A stretch of DNA of 64,000 nt from Patescibacteria group bacterium (GTDB lineage Bacteria; Patescibacteriota; Patescibacteriia; Patescibacteriales; UBA12465), in contig JBMOHE010000003.1 of the NCBI GenBank assembly GCA_049318005.1, positions 5,183-69,182 of the forward strand, read 5' to 3'. Position 1 is the first letter of the stretch, and every line of letters begins with the position of its first letter. Shown here one piece after another: positions 36,911 through 47,202 of this stretch. The notes under the pieces are model-generated. The model saw only the letters and a list, made by a program, of their open reading frames with translations. It was not told the DNA's origin and did no database searches. Both the position numbers and the translations under genes were made by a program.

Positions 36911-38377
36911 TTATTTTTTTATTCCTGGGATAAATCTTTTAATTTTTTCGAATCCTGATTTCTTAGCAAACTGTTTAATTCTATCTCGAGCCCTTCTTGT
37001 TTTGGCAAACTTAAGCCAGTCTTTATTTGGGTACAGGCGATTTTTTTCAATAATTATTTGGACAAGATCGCCATTTTTTAATTCTTGATCAAGTTTTCCT
37101 AGCTTATCATTTATAATTACGCCCGAAGCTTTATTGCCAATGTTACTATGAACAGCATAGGCAAAATCGATTGGGCTAGCGCCTTCAGGTAATTCAAACA
37201 CATCTCCTTTAGGAGAGAATACAAAAATACGATCGCGAAAAATATCCATTTTAATATTTTTAACGAGTTCGCTAGTATTGGTTACTTCTTTTTGAATTTC
37301 AATAATTTCTTTTACCCATGAAGGTGGCTGATAACTTGGGTGACCCTTTTTTGATTTATAATACCAATGAGCCGAAAGACCGTAAATTGATTCCTCATGC
37401 ATTTCCTGGGTTCGAATTTGAAATTCGGCCAAGGTTCCGTCTGGACCAAAAATAGTGGTGTGTAGCGACCTGTACCCGTTTGGTTTTGGCACGGCAATAT
37501 AGTCTTTAAAACGATTAGGTTTTGGTTTCCAAAGAGTATGAATGATCCCTAGAGCTTTATAGCAGTCATTTATAGTTGGCACGATTACTCTTAGGCCAAA
37601 AACATCATATATTTCATCGAACTGCTTGTCTTTTTCTTGCATTTTTCGGTATATGCTATAGAGATGCTTAAAACGCGCTTCAATATCATAAGTAACGCCA
37701 GCTTCCTCGAGTTTAGGAATGAAAATATCTTTTATTTTTTGAAAAAAGCGATTGCGTTCAACTTTTCTTTCAACTTCATATTTGTATTCGATCTCATGAA
37801 ATTTATCTGGATATAAATACTTAAAACAAATATCTTCCATCTGCCATTTTAAGCGCCCAATTCCAAGTAAACCAGCGATAGGCGCATAAATTTCTAATGT
37901 TTCCTGAGCAATTCTTTTTTGTTTTTCAGGCGGTAAAATATCAAGCGTCCTTAAGTTATGAAGGCGGTCACAAAATTTAATAAAAATTACTCTTAAATCG
38001 CTAGTCATGGCGAGAAACATTCTTTTTAAATTTTCTCTATAACGTTCAATTCCGCGATATTTAATTTTTCCTAATTTAGTTACCCCTCTTACTAAGTTAT
38101 GGACCTCTGTCCCAAATAAGTCATTTATTTCTTCTAGATCATGACTAGTATCTTCAGGAACATCATGAAGTATTCCGGCGGTAACGGTCGCTAAATCAGC
38201 CTTAATTTCAGCCAGGATATAAGCAGTATGAAGTGGATGTTGAATATAAGGTTCTCCGCCTTTTCTCATCTGTCCTTCGTGGGCCATTTCGGCAAAATTA
38301 AAAGCTTTCTCGAGGATGGAAGTATCTTCTCCGGGATGATTTTCTTCGAATTTTTTTATTATCCTTTCAATCGTCAT
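36911..38377 (-). CDS. rel: Short RelA/SpoT homologue (HD hydrolase + synthetase + TGS; 488 aa)
   Basis: HD motif HDVPED, synthetase region YRSLHTTI...EFQIRT, and a TGS domain (IFVFSPKGDVFELPEGASPIDFAYAVH). The protein ends about 45 aa after TGS. Confidence 0.85.
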   Translation of the reverse strand: MTIERIIKKFEENHPGEDTSILEKAFNFAEMAHEGQMRKGGEPYIQHPLHTAYILAEIKADLATVTAGILHDVPEDTSHDLEEINDLFGTEVHNLVRGVTKLGKIKYRGIERYRENLKRMFLAMTSDLRVIFIKFCDRLHNLRTLDILPPEKQKRIAQETLEIYAPIAGLLGIGRLKWQMEDICFKYLYPDKFHEIEYKYEVERKVERNRFFQKIKDIFIPKLEEAGVTYDIEARFKHLYSIYRKMQEKDKQFDEIYDVFGLRVIVPTINDCYKALGIIHTLWKPKPNRFKDYIAVPKPNGYRSLHTTIFGPDGTLAEFQIRTQEMHEESIYGLSAHWYYKSKKGHPSYQPPSWVKEIIEIQKEVTNTSELVKNIKMDIFRDRIFVFSPKGDVFELPEGASPIDFAYAVHSNIGNKASGVIINDKLGKLDQELKNGDLVQIIIEKNRLYPNKDWLKFAKTRRARDRIKQFAKKSGFEKIKRFIPGIKK

Positions 38378-38471
38378 AAAACTGTTTTTCTTTTTTATTT
38401 ATTATGTTATAATAAATACAAATAAAGTATAACAAGGGAACAAATAATTTAAAAGTTTTTCATCTTTCAGA

Positions 38472-41264
38472 ATGACTAAAAAAATTAAATTAATTCTTTT
38501 TATTTTTGGCTTCATTGCTTTGGCATTTGTGGCTAATTTTGCTTTTGCTCAAAGTGGAAATGATACCTTCGGGATTGAAAAAACCAATACTGCACTAAAT
38601 GGTTCCTTGGGCATTTCTGGTACTGACCCAATTTTAGTTGCAAGCCGGGTTATCCAAATTGCTTTAAGCTTTTTAGGCATGCTGGCTTTAATTTTAACGA
38701 TTTATGCTGGGTTCCTTTGGATGACTTCTAATGGGGAAGAAGATAGAGTTACGAGAGCTAAGATGATTTTAAGAAACGCTGTTATTGGCCTTCTTATTAT
38801 TTTAGCCTCCTGGGCAATAGTAACTTTTGTAATTAGTAAGTTGGTTGGAGTGACTGGTGGTGGAGCTAATAATCCTGGCGCCTATACTGGTGGCAATTTT
38901 TCTGACCCTGGGACTGGAGCAATCGGTTCTTGTACGGTAGGTATTTTTTATCCCGAGAATGATCAAAAAGACGTTGCTAGAAATACTTCTATTATCATTA
39001 CGTTTAAAGAAGAAATAAAACTAGATACAGTTTGTATAAATGATTCGGGTGATGCTTGTGAATGCGGAATAATTGATAATGGAAAAACATGTAATAAAAT
39101 TAATCCTAAAACAATTAGAATATTTAAAACGGATTTAGGTGATGCTTGTTCAAGTGGATCATGTCCAAATACTAATGCCAACGCAACCGATGTAACCGTT
39201 TCAGTTTCAAGCGATAAAAAAACTTTAATTTTAACTCCCCTTTCTTATCTTGGTAGCCCAACTACAAACTTTTGGTATTCGGTAAAGATAGGTAGTGATT
39301 TAAAAAAGATTGATGGTTTGTCGATGTTTAAATCTTGTGCAAGTGATTATTTTGTTTGGAAGTTTGAAGTTAGTAATCGCTTAGACTTAACTCCTCCCCA
39401 GGTTGTGTATGGAAAAATATTTCCTCGGCCAGATAATCAAGAAGATGTTGCCAATGAAACACAGGCCGCTCTTCCTGCCAAGGCTTTGCTTTCCGTTAGC
39501 GCCTGTCCAAATACTTATAGCAGCTCAACTATAGTTAGTGTTACTCCTGACGGAAATTCTCCGGCCGCGAGCGCCTTGCCTTTGGCGTATAGTGGTGATT
39601 TGAAAAAATTTAGAGTAGTCGTTTCTAATGACTCAAAAGACAAAGTTCAGTTATTCGACGGCAATGATGATAAAAATTTATTAGGAGTAGCTGATTTCGA
39701 TGTACAAGGAAATGCTAAGTTTAATAATTTTTTTATTTTTAAGGCGGAAGATCGTAGTGTTGGCAACGCCTGGATAGTTAATGTAAAACCTGAAATTAAT
39801 GCCGACGCCTTAACTATCGGCGATGAAGTTTATACCTTTGTTTCTGGTCCTTTAGGAAATAATAACATTCCTGTTCCAAATAATTGTGGAACCATGAGTA
39901 ATGAAGAAAAAATGACTTTAGTTTCTACGGTTTATTCTGTTCTTAGTGGTGATCCATTAGTTAAGCCAGAGATAAACGCTAATGGAATAATGTTGATAGC
40001 TAAGGTCGCTGGAGTCAGCGGTAATAATATTAATCTTTCAACTACTAATCCTAGCGCTATCCAAGTTCAGGCTTTTAAAGACGGAATTGATTTTAAAAAT
40101 ATAGCAAAAACTCTTGATAAAAAAGATGTGCCAATGAATACTGTTATTCAAGTTAACTTTAGTGAGGCGATTAATCCTTTAAAAATTTCTGGTCTTGCCT
40201 CCGAGGTTAAAGATTATATTAAAGTTGTTAATTATGATTTTGCGACCGCCAAGGCTAGTAGCTCTCCTTGCACTTTGAATAAAGATTGTCGCTCATATAA
40301 ATGTGAAGGAGCTGTTGGAGCTAAGACTTGTATTGGCGATTATGTAAATGGAAAATTTTTAGTTAGTAATTCTTACAAAACAGTTGAGTTCGTTTCTGAT
40401 AATGAATGTGGCGTTAATGGATGTGGTGAAAAAATTTATTGCTTGCCAGCTGATAGCCATTTAACAGTAGAATTAAGATCCGCTGATTTAAAGGTTTGCT
40501 CAACTAACGATGATTGTTTAGCTTTGGCCCCTTATAGCGGTTGCGCTTCTACTACTTTAGGATATAAAACTTGTCAAAACACAGATGGCAAAAATTATCC
40601 AAGCGCAAATGGAGATCTAAATGGTGTTATTGACGCATCATTAAATTCCTTTGATGGTGATAGAAATACTTATTCTGATGGTCCGATAAATTATTTTAGT
40701 GATAACTACAGTTTGGCTGATCTTAATAATTTAAATAAAAAAGATAATTACAGATGGAATTTTTATGTTAATGATCAGATAAACACCACTCCACCACAGA
40801 TAGAAGAGATTACCCCTTCCCAAGGAAATATGGGAGTAAATCTTGCTGAGCCTATAAAAATTACTTGGAATACTTTAATGATGAACAGTAGTTTGACGAC
40901 TGGTAGCAGCATGGTGAAAAATGGATCAAGCACGGTTGAACATAAACTAATTAATTTGAAGAGTACGACGCCAACAGCGATTGGATATTGGGTTGAAAAT
41001 GATAATGTTGATACGGAGTACTCTAAAGGAGGGGTTATAATCCCTCTTGATGGAGAGCCAGATAAAACAATTTCTTATATAAAACACACCGCTTTTTCAG
41101 AAGCTATGTCTTACCGCGCTCAGGCTGGGTCAGGAATTAAAGATATTTATCAAAATTGCTTTAAGCCAAGCGCTGATAAGAATTGTCCCGTAACTGCCAC
41201 TAATCCATCTTGTTGTTTCGGAAAAGCAACTAGCACTCTAAGTGCTGATGGTAATTGCCAGTAG
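38472..41264 (+). CDS. Giant surface protein 1 (930 aa): signal peptide + VirB2/TrbC-like two-helix module + Cys-containing Ig-like ectodomain
   Basis: Signal peptide ending AFA-Q. Two hydrophobic helices flank YAGFLWMTSNGEEDRVTRAK. A Gly-rich linker follows, then SbsA-Ig-like segments (for example NTSIIITFKEEI, NTVIQVNFSEAI, EPIKITWNTLM) and multiple Cys pairs. Confidence 0.8.
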   Translation: MTKKIKLILFIFGFIALAFVANFAFAQSGNDTFGIEKTNTALNGSLGISGTDPILVASRVIQIALSFLGMLALILTIYAGFLWMTSNGEEDRVTRAKMILRNAVIGLLIILASWAIVTFVISKLVGVTGGGANNPGAYTGGNFSDPGTGAIGSCTVGIFYPENDQKDVARNTSIIITFKEEIKLDTVCINDSGDACECGIIDNGKTCNKINPKTIRIFKTDLGDACSSGSCPNTNANATDVTVSVSSDKKTLILTPLSYLGSPTTNFWYSVKIGSDLKKIDGLSMFKSCASDYFVWKFEVSNRLDLTPPQVVYGKIFPRPDNQEDVANETQAALPAKALLSVSACPNTYSSSTIVSVTPDGNSPAASALPLAYSGDLKKFRVVVSNDSKDKVQLFDGNDDKNLLGVADFDVQGNAKFNNFFIFKAEDRSVGNAWIVNVKPEINADALTIGDEVYTFVSGPLGNNNIPVPNNCGTMSNEEKMTLVSTVYSVLSGDPLVKPEINANGIMLIAKVAGVSGNNINLSTTNPSAIQVQAFKDGIDFKNIAKTLDKKDVPMNTVIQVNFSEAINPLKISGLASEVKDYIKVVNYDFATAKASSSPCTLNKDCRSYKCEGAVGAKTCIGDYVNGKFLVSNSYKTVEFVSDNECGVNGCGEKIYCLPADSHLTVELRSADLKVCSTNDDCLALAPYSGCASTTLGYKTCQNTDGKNYPSANGDLNGVIDASLNSFDGDRNTYSDGPINYFSDNYSLADLNNLNKKDNYRWNFYVNDQINTTPPQIEEITPSQGNMGVNLAEPIKITWNTLMMNSSLTTGSSMVKNGSSTVEHKLINLKSTTPTAIGYWVENDNVDTEYSKGGVIIPLDGEPDKTISYIKHTAFSEAMSYRAQAGSGIKDIYQNCFKPSADKNCPVTATNPSCCFGKATSTLSADGNCQ

Positions 41265-41269
41265 AATTT

Positions 41270-44200
41270 ATGTTTAAAAAAAATTCGAAAAAATTAATCG
41301 CCCTTTCCTTACTAATGAGTGGACTATTATTTGCGCGCTTTGCTTTGGCGCAAGATTTTGGTACGGAAATAGTTAATAATAGTTTAAATGGATCGCTAGG
41401 CACAATGACCGATCCTCGTGAGCTGGCCGGTAGAATAATAAATATAGCCCTCGGCTTTTTAAGTGTTGTTGCTGTTGGGTTTATTCTTTATGCCGGTTTT
41501 CTTTGGATGACTTCTAATGGCGAGGAGGACAGAATAACAAAAGCTAAACAAATTTTAAGAAGTGGCCTTATTGGTCTTGGTATAATTTTATCTTCTTGGG
41601 CGATTGCAAGTTTTGTAATTTTAAAATTAAGTGGAGCGATAGGTAGCGATGGAAATAGTAATGGTGGTGGCTGTTTAGAAAATACTGTTAGTCCTTGTGG
41701 TTGCGGAGGATCAATGATTTGTAGTAATGGATTTTATGGTGCTTGTGTGGGATCAAATTTAGATAATTGCTCTAATCCGCCAACTAGTTGTGATTCTAGC
41801 TCGACCCCTGGTTGTCAGGCGGCTAGTCAAATTTGTGCAGCTGGAGATTATTGTGATAATAGTTGTCTTTGCCAGACTAAGGCGGAACTAGGTGACTCTT
41901 GCGATGCTGACTTAAATAATCAAACCTGCGATGTTGATAATAATCGTTGCGCTGAATATTTAACTTGTAATCCTAATACTTGTTTATGTGATGGACCGCC
42001 GGCAATTACCGGCATGAGTCCTATCGGGGGTTTCTGTAGTAATGATGCTAGTAAATCTTGTGCGAAAGACGCTGATTGTGGAGAGGGAAATACTTGTAAT
42101 GATAACACCCCAAACGGCGCGGCTAATAATTTTATTACTATCTCAGGAACGAACTTTGGCGAATACTCAGCCACTAATAGTAAGATTGTATTTTTAGGAG
42201 GTGATCAGTCAAATTCAATTTCTGGTCCCGGTGAAAGCGAAGACCCGATTGGCCCTCCAATTGGCGTGCCCGCAACTGCGCGCGAAGCCGTTTCTCCCTC
42301 AGTTATCAATCCTTCATGTATTAGTTTTTGGCGCAACGATCAAATTGTTATTGCGGTTCCATCTGGTGTTCAAACCGGGCCGATAAAAGTTACTAACAAA
42401 GAAGGTTTGAGCGATATTACTAACGATAACTTTGGTCCTTCATTGCCTGATTTTGTTGCTAACGGAATAAGTCGTCCTGGTCTTTGTGATTTAGACCCGG
42501 TTAAAGGATCTTTAAGCTCAGAGGTTAACTATCAGGGCGTAAATTTATATTCAGGCAAAGCTTACTTCGGCAATTATAAAAGTAATGTTAGTGGTTTATA
42601 TTCAAATTTTAATGTCGCTTCGGGTTTATCTGGAACCTCGACAACCCCAAATATTCGCGAAGGTGAGTCCGGAAGTTTTGTTGAAACTGTTGTAAATGGA
42701 TCTTTACAAAAAAGTAATTATCTAAAATTCATAAAAGACAGAGAAGAAGGAGATGGTCCCTATATCATGTCTTTCTCGCCAATTGATGGTGCTCCTGGCC
42801 AATATGTAACTATTAAAGGATCTGGTTTCGGTGGCGCAAAGGGTGAAAATAAAGTTTATTTTGTTACAGGAAATAGTAAGATTGAAGCTTCTTATGCTTT
42901 TCCGGCAATTTGTGCTAATTCAGTTTGGGGAGAAAATCAAATAATTATTAAAGTTCCAGCACTTATCGCTAATGATAGTTATCAGCTTGAAGTTCAAATT
43001 GCCTCAACTACACTTTCTACTCAAAGATTGAATCCAAATACTTTTGGCGTTAATGATTCTCTTAAATTAAGACCAAGCTTGTGTAAAATGGACCCGGTCA
43101 CGGGACCAATTGATACCCCACTTATTCTTTGGGGAGAGTATTTTGGTAAAGTTGGTAGTAATGGCCTAGTTCAGTTTAATTTTAGACAGAATGCTAACGG
43201 AATAATTAAAAATGAAAATGAAGCCAATGTAATAAATACCAGCGTGCCAAAGATGGCGCTTACTGGTCCAGTTAAAGTTATTAATAATGAAAGCGGAAAT
43301 GAATTAAATTTTTCAGTTAGCGAATGCACAAAAAATGAGGAATGTAATAATCAAGTTTGTTGCCCTCAAAATACTTATAGAAAGGGTCGTTGTGTAAATG
43401 ATTTAAGCGAGTGCGTCGTAGATATCCCAACTTCAGTTTATGAGTGGAGTTTTAGTACTAGCTTTGACGCTAGCACAACACCAAAATTTTCTAGTTGCTT
43501 AGGTTTATCTAAATACTTGGGCTCTTGCTATCAAGGGGCTATGTGCCCTAATAGTGCTGGTGCCTGTTCATCACCTTCAACTAGTTATGATAAGGTCGTC
43601 GGTTCTTGCGACGTAACTTGTAATAATGTCCCTGGATGTAGTTCGGCAACTTGCGGCTATGATAAAGATTTAGATAAATGCGTTAATAAATCTACGGAAA
43701 AAGTTTGTGATCTATCTAGTTCTATTAGTTTTGAGGCTAGCGATTATTCAATTAAAGACGCTAAGCCAAATACAACTGAAAAAAAATGTAATAGCGAGGG
43801 AAAGTGGGAAATTAAAGCTCAAACTTCTTGCCCAATTGGCTGGACTAAGGGTCTGAATAATGCTTGTACTCAGGATGATTCTAGTTGTAATCTTTGTGCG
43901 GATAAATTAACTTGCGAAAAAGTTGGGACTACAAATAAATGTGTTTCAGAAAAATTATGTAAAGATAGTCAAGCGATTTGTCTTGATAATTTAGATAATT
44001 TAGCATCCCCTGACAACTGTATAATTAAAGTTGCTCCGAGTTGTGAGTGCTGTTGTCGTATAGGGAAAGACACTGAAGACTGCTGCGCCCCCTTAACTTG
44101 CGCTGGTAAATGTGGATCCGATGTAACGGCTAATTCTAATACTTATGGGTCATGTTCTGGATGTGCTGCAGTTGGTACAACGCAAGATGCTCATGACTCG

Positions 44201-47161
44201 GCCTGTAATTGCGCAAATAGTTCTGGTAAATATTGTTCAATTTCTTCTTCAACTCCGCAGGGAATTTGTACGGATTGTGCCGGGATTGATACTCAAGAAA
44301 GTTGCGGCGATCATTCTTCAGTCTGCTGCTTTGACGCAAACAAGACCGCTACAACAACTGATGATGTATGTCGTGGACTTGGTTCCAATAAAGTTTTGAG
44401 CGTAAATAAAAATGACAAAGCAAATTACGGATATTGTGCTTTCTTTAATTGCCAAGTTGCTCCAGCCGATCCATTAATTTGCGCTTCAACTACTCCGGTA
44501 AAAGTCGGCTCTTATACAATAGAAGGGGACTGTGTATCATCTTGCCTTAAAGGTAGTGATGATATTTGTGCTGGTCTTAAGACTAAAGATGCTTGTTCTA
44601 ATGAGAGCGCCTGTTGTTTTGATTCTGTAACAAAAAAGTGTAAGTCTGGAGGAAAAATTACCGCAGGAGTAGATAATGGTTATTGCGCTTATTATAATTG
44701 TAATGATGGCGATCATCTTTCCTGTTCCTTAGTTGCTTCAACAACTGGTAAATTTATTGACCCTGTAAAATGTGATGATAGTTGTGCTAACCCACCAACT
44801 GGTGCTGGTTTGGGCTGCATGACGTCGACTGCTTCTACCACTTGTAATTTTAATTTATGTACAGCGTCTGGACTTAGTTGTTTACAGGACACAGGCAATT
44901 CGCCTATTTCAATTGGCGGCGAATATCCTAGTTGCGGTACATGTTGTTGTCAGCCTAAAACTGATACAACTGCTGACTCTTGCAAGAGTCCACTAACTCC
45001 AAATCTTTTTTGTCAGGCTGACACTGGATCATGCTCCGGCGCTAGTCGTGGATTATGCTGTGGTTGTACTAGTGATAGTGATTGCGGAGGAGAAGTAACA
45101 ATTGGTTGTGGCCTTGATTCCTGTTGCCAGGCTCGTCCAAAAGTTTCTTCTACTCAGCCTTCTATAGATGCCACTAATATTTGTCGAAACGCGGCCATAA
45201 AAATTACTTTCAATCAGAAAATGGATACTAATAGTTTCCTAAATAATTTTATTTTATTTGAAGAAAAAACATATGGTAATGGCATCTGTCCTGCCGGTAC
45301 GTTTTTAGCTGATGCCAATGCCGTCTCGGAAATTGCTAGAGCGCAAAATAAAAATATCTTTGTTCGCCTTTGGGAGAATATAAAAACAAAGACAGCTGCG
45401 ATATTTAATCATAAAAATAGCCAAGCCTTGGGGGCAGCGCCAAGTGCAGATAAATTATATTGTTCAGTCCCAGGCACAGTTAGTTCTGAGGATAGTGGTC
45501 CTCAAACTAGCTTAGAGTTTACTCCCGAAAAAGCTCTTTCTCCAGCGACAAACTATTATGTAGTTGTTAAAGGGGACGAAACCTTAACTAGCAAGGCTGG
45601 TGTATTAAGCGCGTCTCAAATTGGAATGAATGAAGCAGGTTTCAGAGAGGCAACGGTGATTACTAATGGAGTTAATAAAAATTATACAACTAAATTTACA
45701 AATGCTGTTCACTTTAATAATTTAAGCTATAAAAATGCTTATAGTTATAAATTTACAACTTTATCTGACCAGGGGGTTTCGGCTGGAATCTGTGCAATTG
45801 AATATGTAACGCTTGGTCCAAGTTCTTATCTTTTCAAAACAACAACAAATGCATTAAACGAAAAAGATGATAATAGCGACGCTACTTTTGACACGGCAAT
45901 TGATGGTGATAAGGCTTTTACGGCCGCCGCTTATAGTTCTAATAACCAATTGCTTTACCCGGTTGTTGGTTACGCTTGGGATTGGAAGTGGATAGTTATA
46001 GATCCTTCAGTCGTCGATATTTCTACTAAACCGCTTAATCTTCCTGAGACCAGAAAGTTAATTACTGCTAAAACGGGAGTAACTGATGGACAAACAATAA
46101 TAAGAGCTACGATTGATATGAGCAAATATAGATCTGGTTGCGGAAGTTCTTGTAATGCTTTTGCGGTGGGCGACGGTCAGACTGCTTCTAGTGATATCTA
46201 TGTTTTTCTTTGCAGTAATCCTTGGCCGGCTGTAAAAGTTGATGGTACTTGGAGTCCTTGGAATGATGCGGGGGCAAATTGTTCTATGGGAGTAGCCAAT
46301 TCTTGTGATAATTTTAATTATAAATTCTATTATTGCCGAGATGCTGGTGGTCCGGGAACGCTGGATGACTTGCCGGCTATTAATAATTCTCCAATTACAC
46401 GTAGCGGAAATTTATTATGTAGTTTAGATAATACTCCTTGTTCAATAATTAATTCCCCATGTGGAGCGGAAAATAAGGGGGTTTGTCTTTGGAACATTCT
46501 TAAAGAATCGTATTTTTTCAGAGAAGCAATTTTAAGTGGAGCAACGATCAGCTCGGCTTATAGTACGGGCAAGGGAGGGGAAGTAAGAATCGTCTGGCAG
46601 TCCCCAGCCGCGAACGTTGCTTCTTACAAAGTTTATTATTTGCAATCAGGTAACGGCACCATGCTCTCTAAAGAATTTAAAGCGCTTGGGACTGGTGGAG
46701 TTTGTTCTAGCGGCTCAAATATTAATACTTGCAACACGATCATATCCGGTTTAAATAACACCCAAGACTACATTTTCAAAGTAAGTGTAATTTCTGTTAA
46801 TAAAACCGAAAGTTCTTTTTCCAATGAGCTTACTGCTAAACCAACTGATGTCTATCCGCCAGCCATACCAGCCGGGTTAAAGTTTGAAGTAATTGGAACA
46901 CAAATTAAATTTTCTTGGACACCAGACGCAGATAAAACAGTTGTTTATCGTCTTTACCATGGCGTTGCTTCAGGAAAGTATGCGGAATCATTTGATTCGG
47001 CTCCAGGCTTATCTACTATGACTTTAGACTTAAATATTTTGAAATCTGGCAAGAACTACTTTGCTCTTTCAGCTATTGATAACGCGAAGAATGAAAGTGC
47101 GAAGTCAATCGAAAAAATTGCCGATATGGTTAATGGCTTGATTGTTAACCCAGCTAACTAA
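41270..47161 (+). CDS. Giant surface protein 2 (about 1963 aa): paralogous VirB2/TrbC-like module + very Cys-rich region + IPT/TIG-like, Ig-like and FN3-like domains
   Basis: The ATG at 41270 lies 6 nt after the upstream stop. The N-terminal module YAGFLWMTSNGEEDRITKAK is paralogous to that of the 38472 gene. IPT/TIG-like repeats (FITISGTNFG, YVTIKGSGFGG, LILWGEYFG). Two C-terminal FN3-like segments (VRIVWQSP...YKVYY, IKFSWTPD...YRLYHG). Confidence 0.8.
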   Translation: MFKKNSKKLIALSLLMSGLLFARFALAQDFGTEIVNNSLNGSLGTMTDPRELAGRIINIALGFLSVVAVGFILYAGFLWMTSNGEEDRITKAKQILRSGLIGLGIILSSWAIASFVILKLSGAIGSDGNSNGGGCLENTVSPCGCGGSMICSNGFYGACVGSNLDNCSNPPTSCDSSSTPGCQAASQICAAGDYCDNSCLCQTKAELGDSCDADLNNQTCDVDNNRCAEYLTCNPNTCLCDGPPAITGMSPIGGFCSNDASKSCAKDADCGEGNTCNDNTPNGAANNFITISGTNFGEYSATNSKIVFLGGDQSNSISGPGESEDPIGPPIGVPATAREAVSPSVINPSCISFWRNDQIVIAVPSGVQTGPIKVTNKEGLSDITNDNFGPSLPDFVANGISRPGLCDLDPVKGSLSSEVNYQGVNLYSGKAYFGNYKSNVSGLYSNFNVASGLSGTSTTPNIREGESGSFVETVVNGSLQKSNYLKFIKDREEGDGPYIMSFSPIDGAPGQYVTIKGSGFGGAKGENKVYFVTGNSKIEASYAFPAICANSVWGENQIIIKVPALIANDSYQLEVQIASTTLSTQRLNPNTFGVNDSLKLRPSLCKMDPVTGPIDTPLILWGEYFGKVGSNGLVQFNFRQNANGIIKNENEANVINTSVPKMALTGPVKVINNESGNELNFSVSECTKNEECNNQVCCPQNTYRKGRCVNDLSECVVDIPTSVYEWSFSTSFDASTTPKFSSCLGLSKYLGSCYQGAMCPNSAGACSSPSTSYDKVVGSCDVTCNNVPGCSSATCGYDKDLDKCVNKSTEKVCDLSSSISFEASDYSIKDAKPNTTEKKCNSEGKWEIKAQTSCPIGWTKGLNNACTQDDSSCNLCADKLTCEKVGTTNKCVSEKLCKDSQAICLDNLDNLASPDNCIIKVAPSCECCCRIGKDTEDCCAPLTCAGKCGSDVTANSNTYGSCSGCAAVGTTQDAHDSACNCANSSGKYCSISSSTPQGICTDCAGIDTQESCGDHSSVCCFDANKTATTTDDVCRGLGSNKVLSVNKNDKANYGYCAFFNCQVAPADPLICASTTPVKVGSYTIEGDCVSSCLKGSDDICAGLKTKDACSNESACCFDSVTKKCKSGGKITAGVDNGYCAYYNCNDGDHLSCSLVASTTGKFIDPVKCDDSCANPPTGAGLGCMTSTASTTCNFNLCTASGLSCLQDTGNSPISIGGEYPSCGTCCCQPKTDTTADSCKSPLTPNLFCQADTGSCSGASRGLCCGCTSDSDCGGEVTIGCGLDSCCQARPKVSSTQPSIDATNICRNAAIKITFNQKMDTNSFLNNFILFEEKTYGNGICPAGTFLADANAVSEIARAQNKNIFVRLWENIKTKTAAIFNHKNSQALGAAPSADKLYCSVPGTVSSEDSGPQTSLEFTPEKALSPATNYYVVVKGDETLTSKAGVLSASQIGMNEAGFREATVITNGVNKNYTTKFTNAVHFNNLSYKNAYSYKFTTLSDQGVSAGICAIEYVTLGPSSYLFKTTTNALNEKDDNSDATFDTAIDGDKAFTAAAYSSNNQLLYPVVGYAWDWKWIVIDPSVVDISTKPLNLPETRKLITAKTGVTDGQTIIRATIDMSKYRSGCGSSCNAFAVGDGQTASSDIYVFLCSNPWPAVKVDGTWSPWNDAGANCSMGVANSCDNFNYKFYYCRDAGGPGTLDDLPAINNSPITRSGNLLCSLDNTPCSIINSPCGAENKGVCLWNILKESYFFREAILSGATISSAYSTGKGGEVRIVWQSPAANVASYKVYYLQSGNGTMLSKEFKALGTGGVCSSGSNINTCNTIISGLNNTQDYIFKVSVISVNKTESSFSNELTAKPTDVYPPAIPAGLKFEVIGTQIKFSWTPDADKTVVYRLYHGVASGKYAESFDSAPGLSTMTLDLNILKSGKNYFALSAIDNAKNESAKSIEKIADMVNGLIVNPAN

Positions 47162-47202
47162 ATAAGTAATTGCTTAAAATAGTAAAAAATTAATTTTCAT
47201 AT

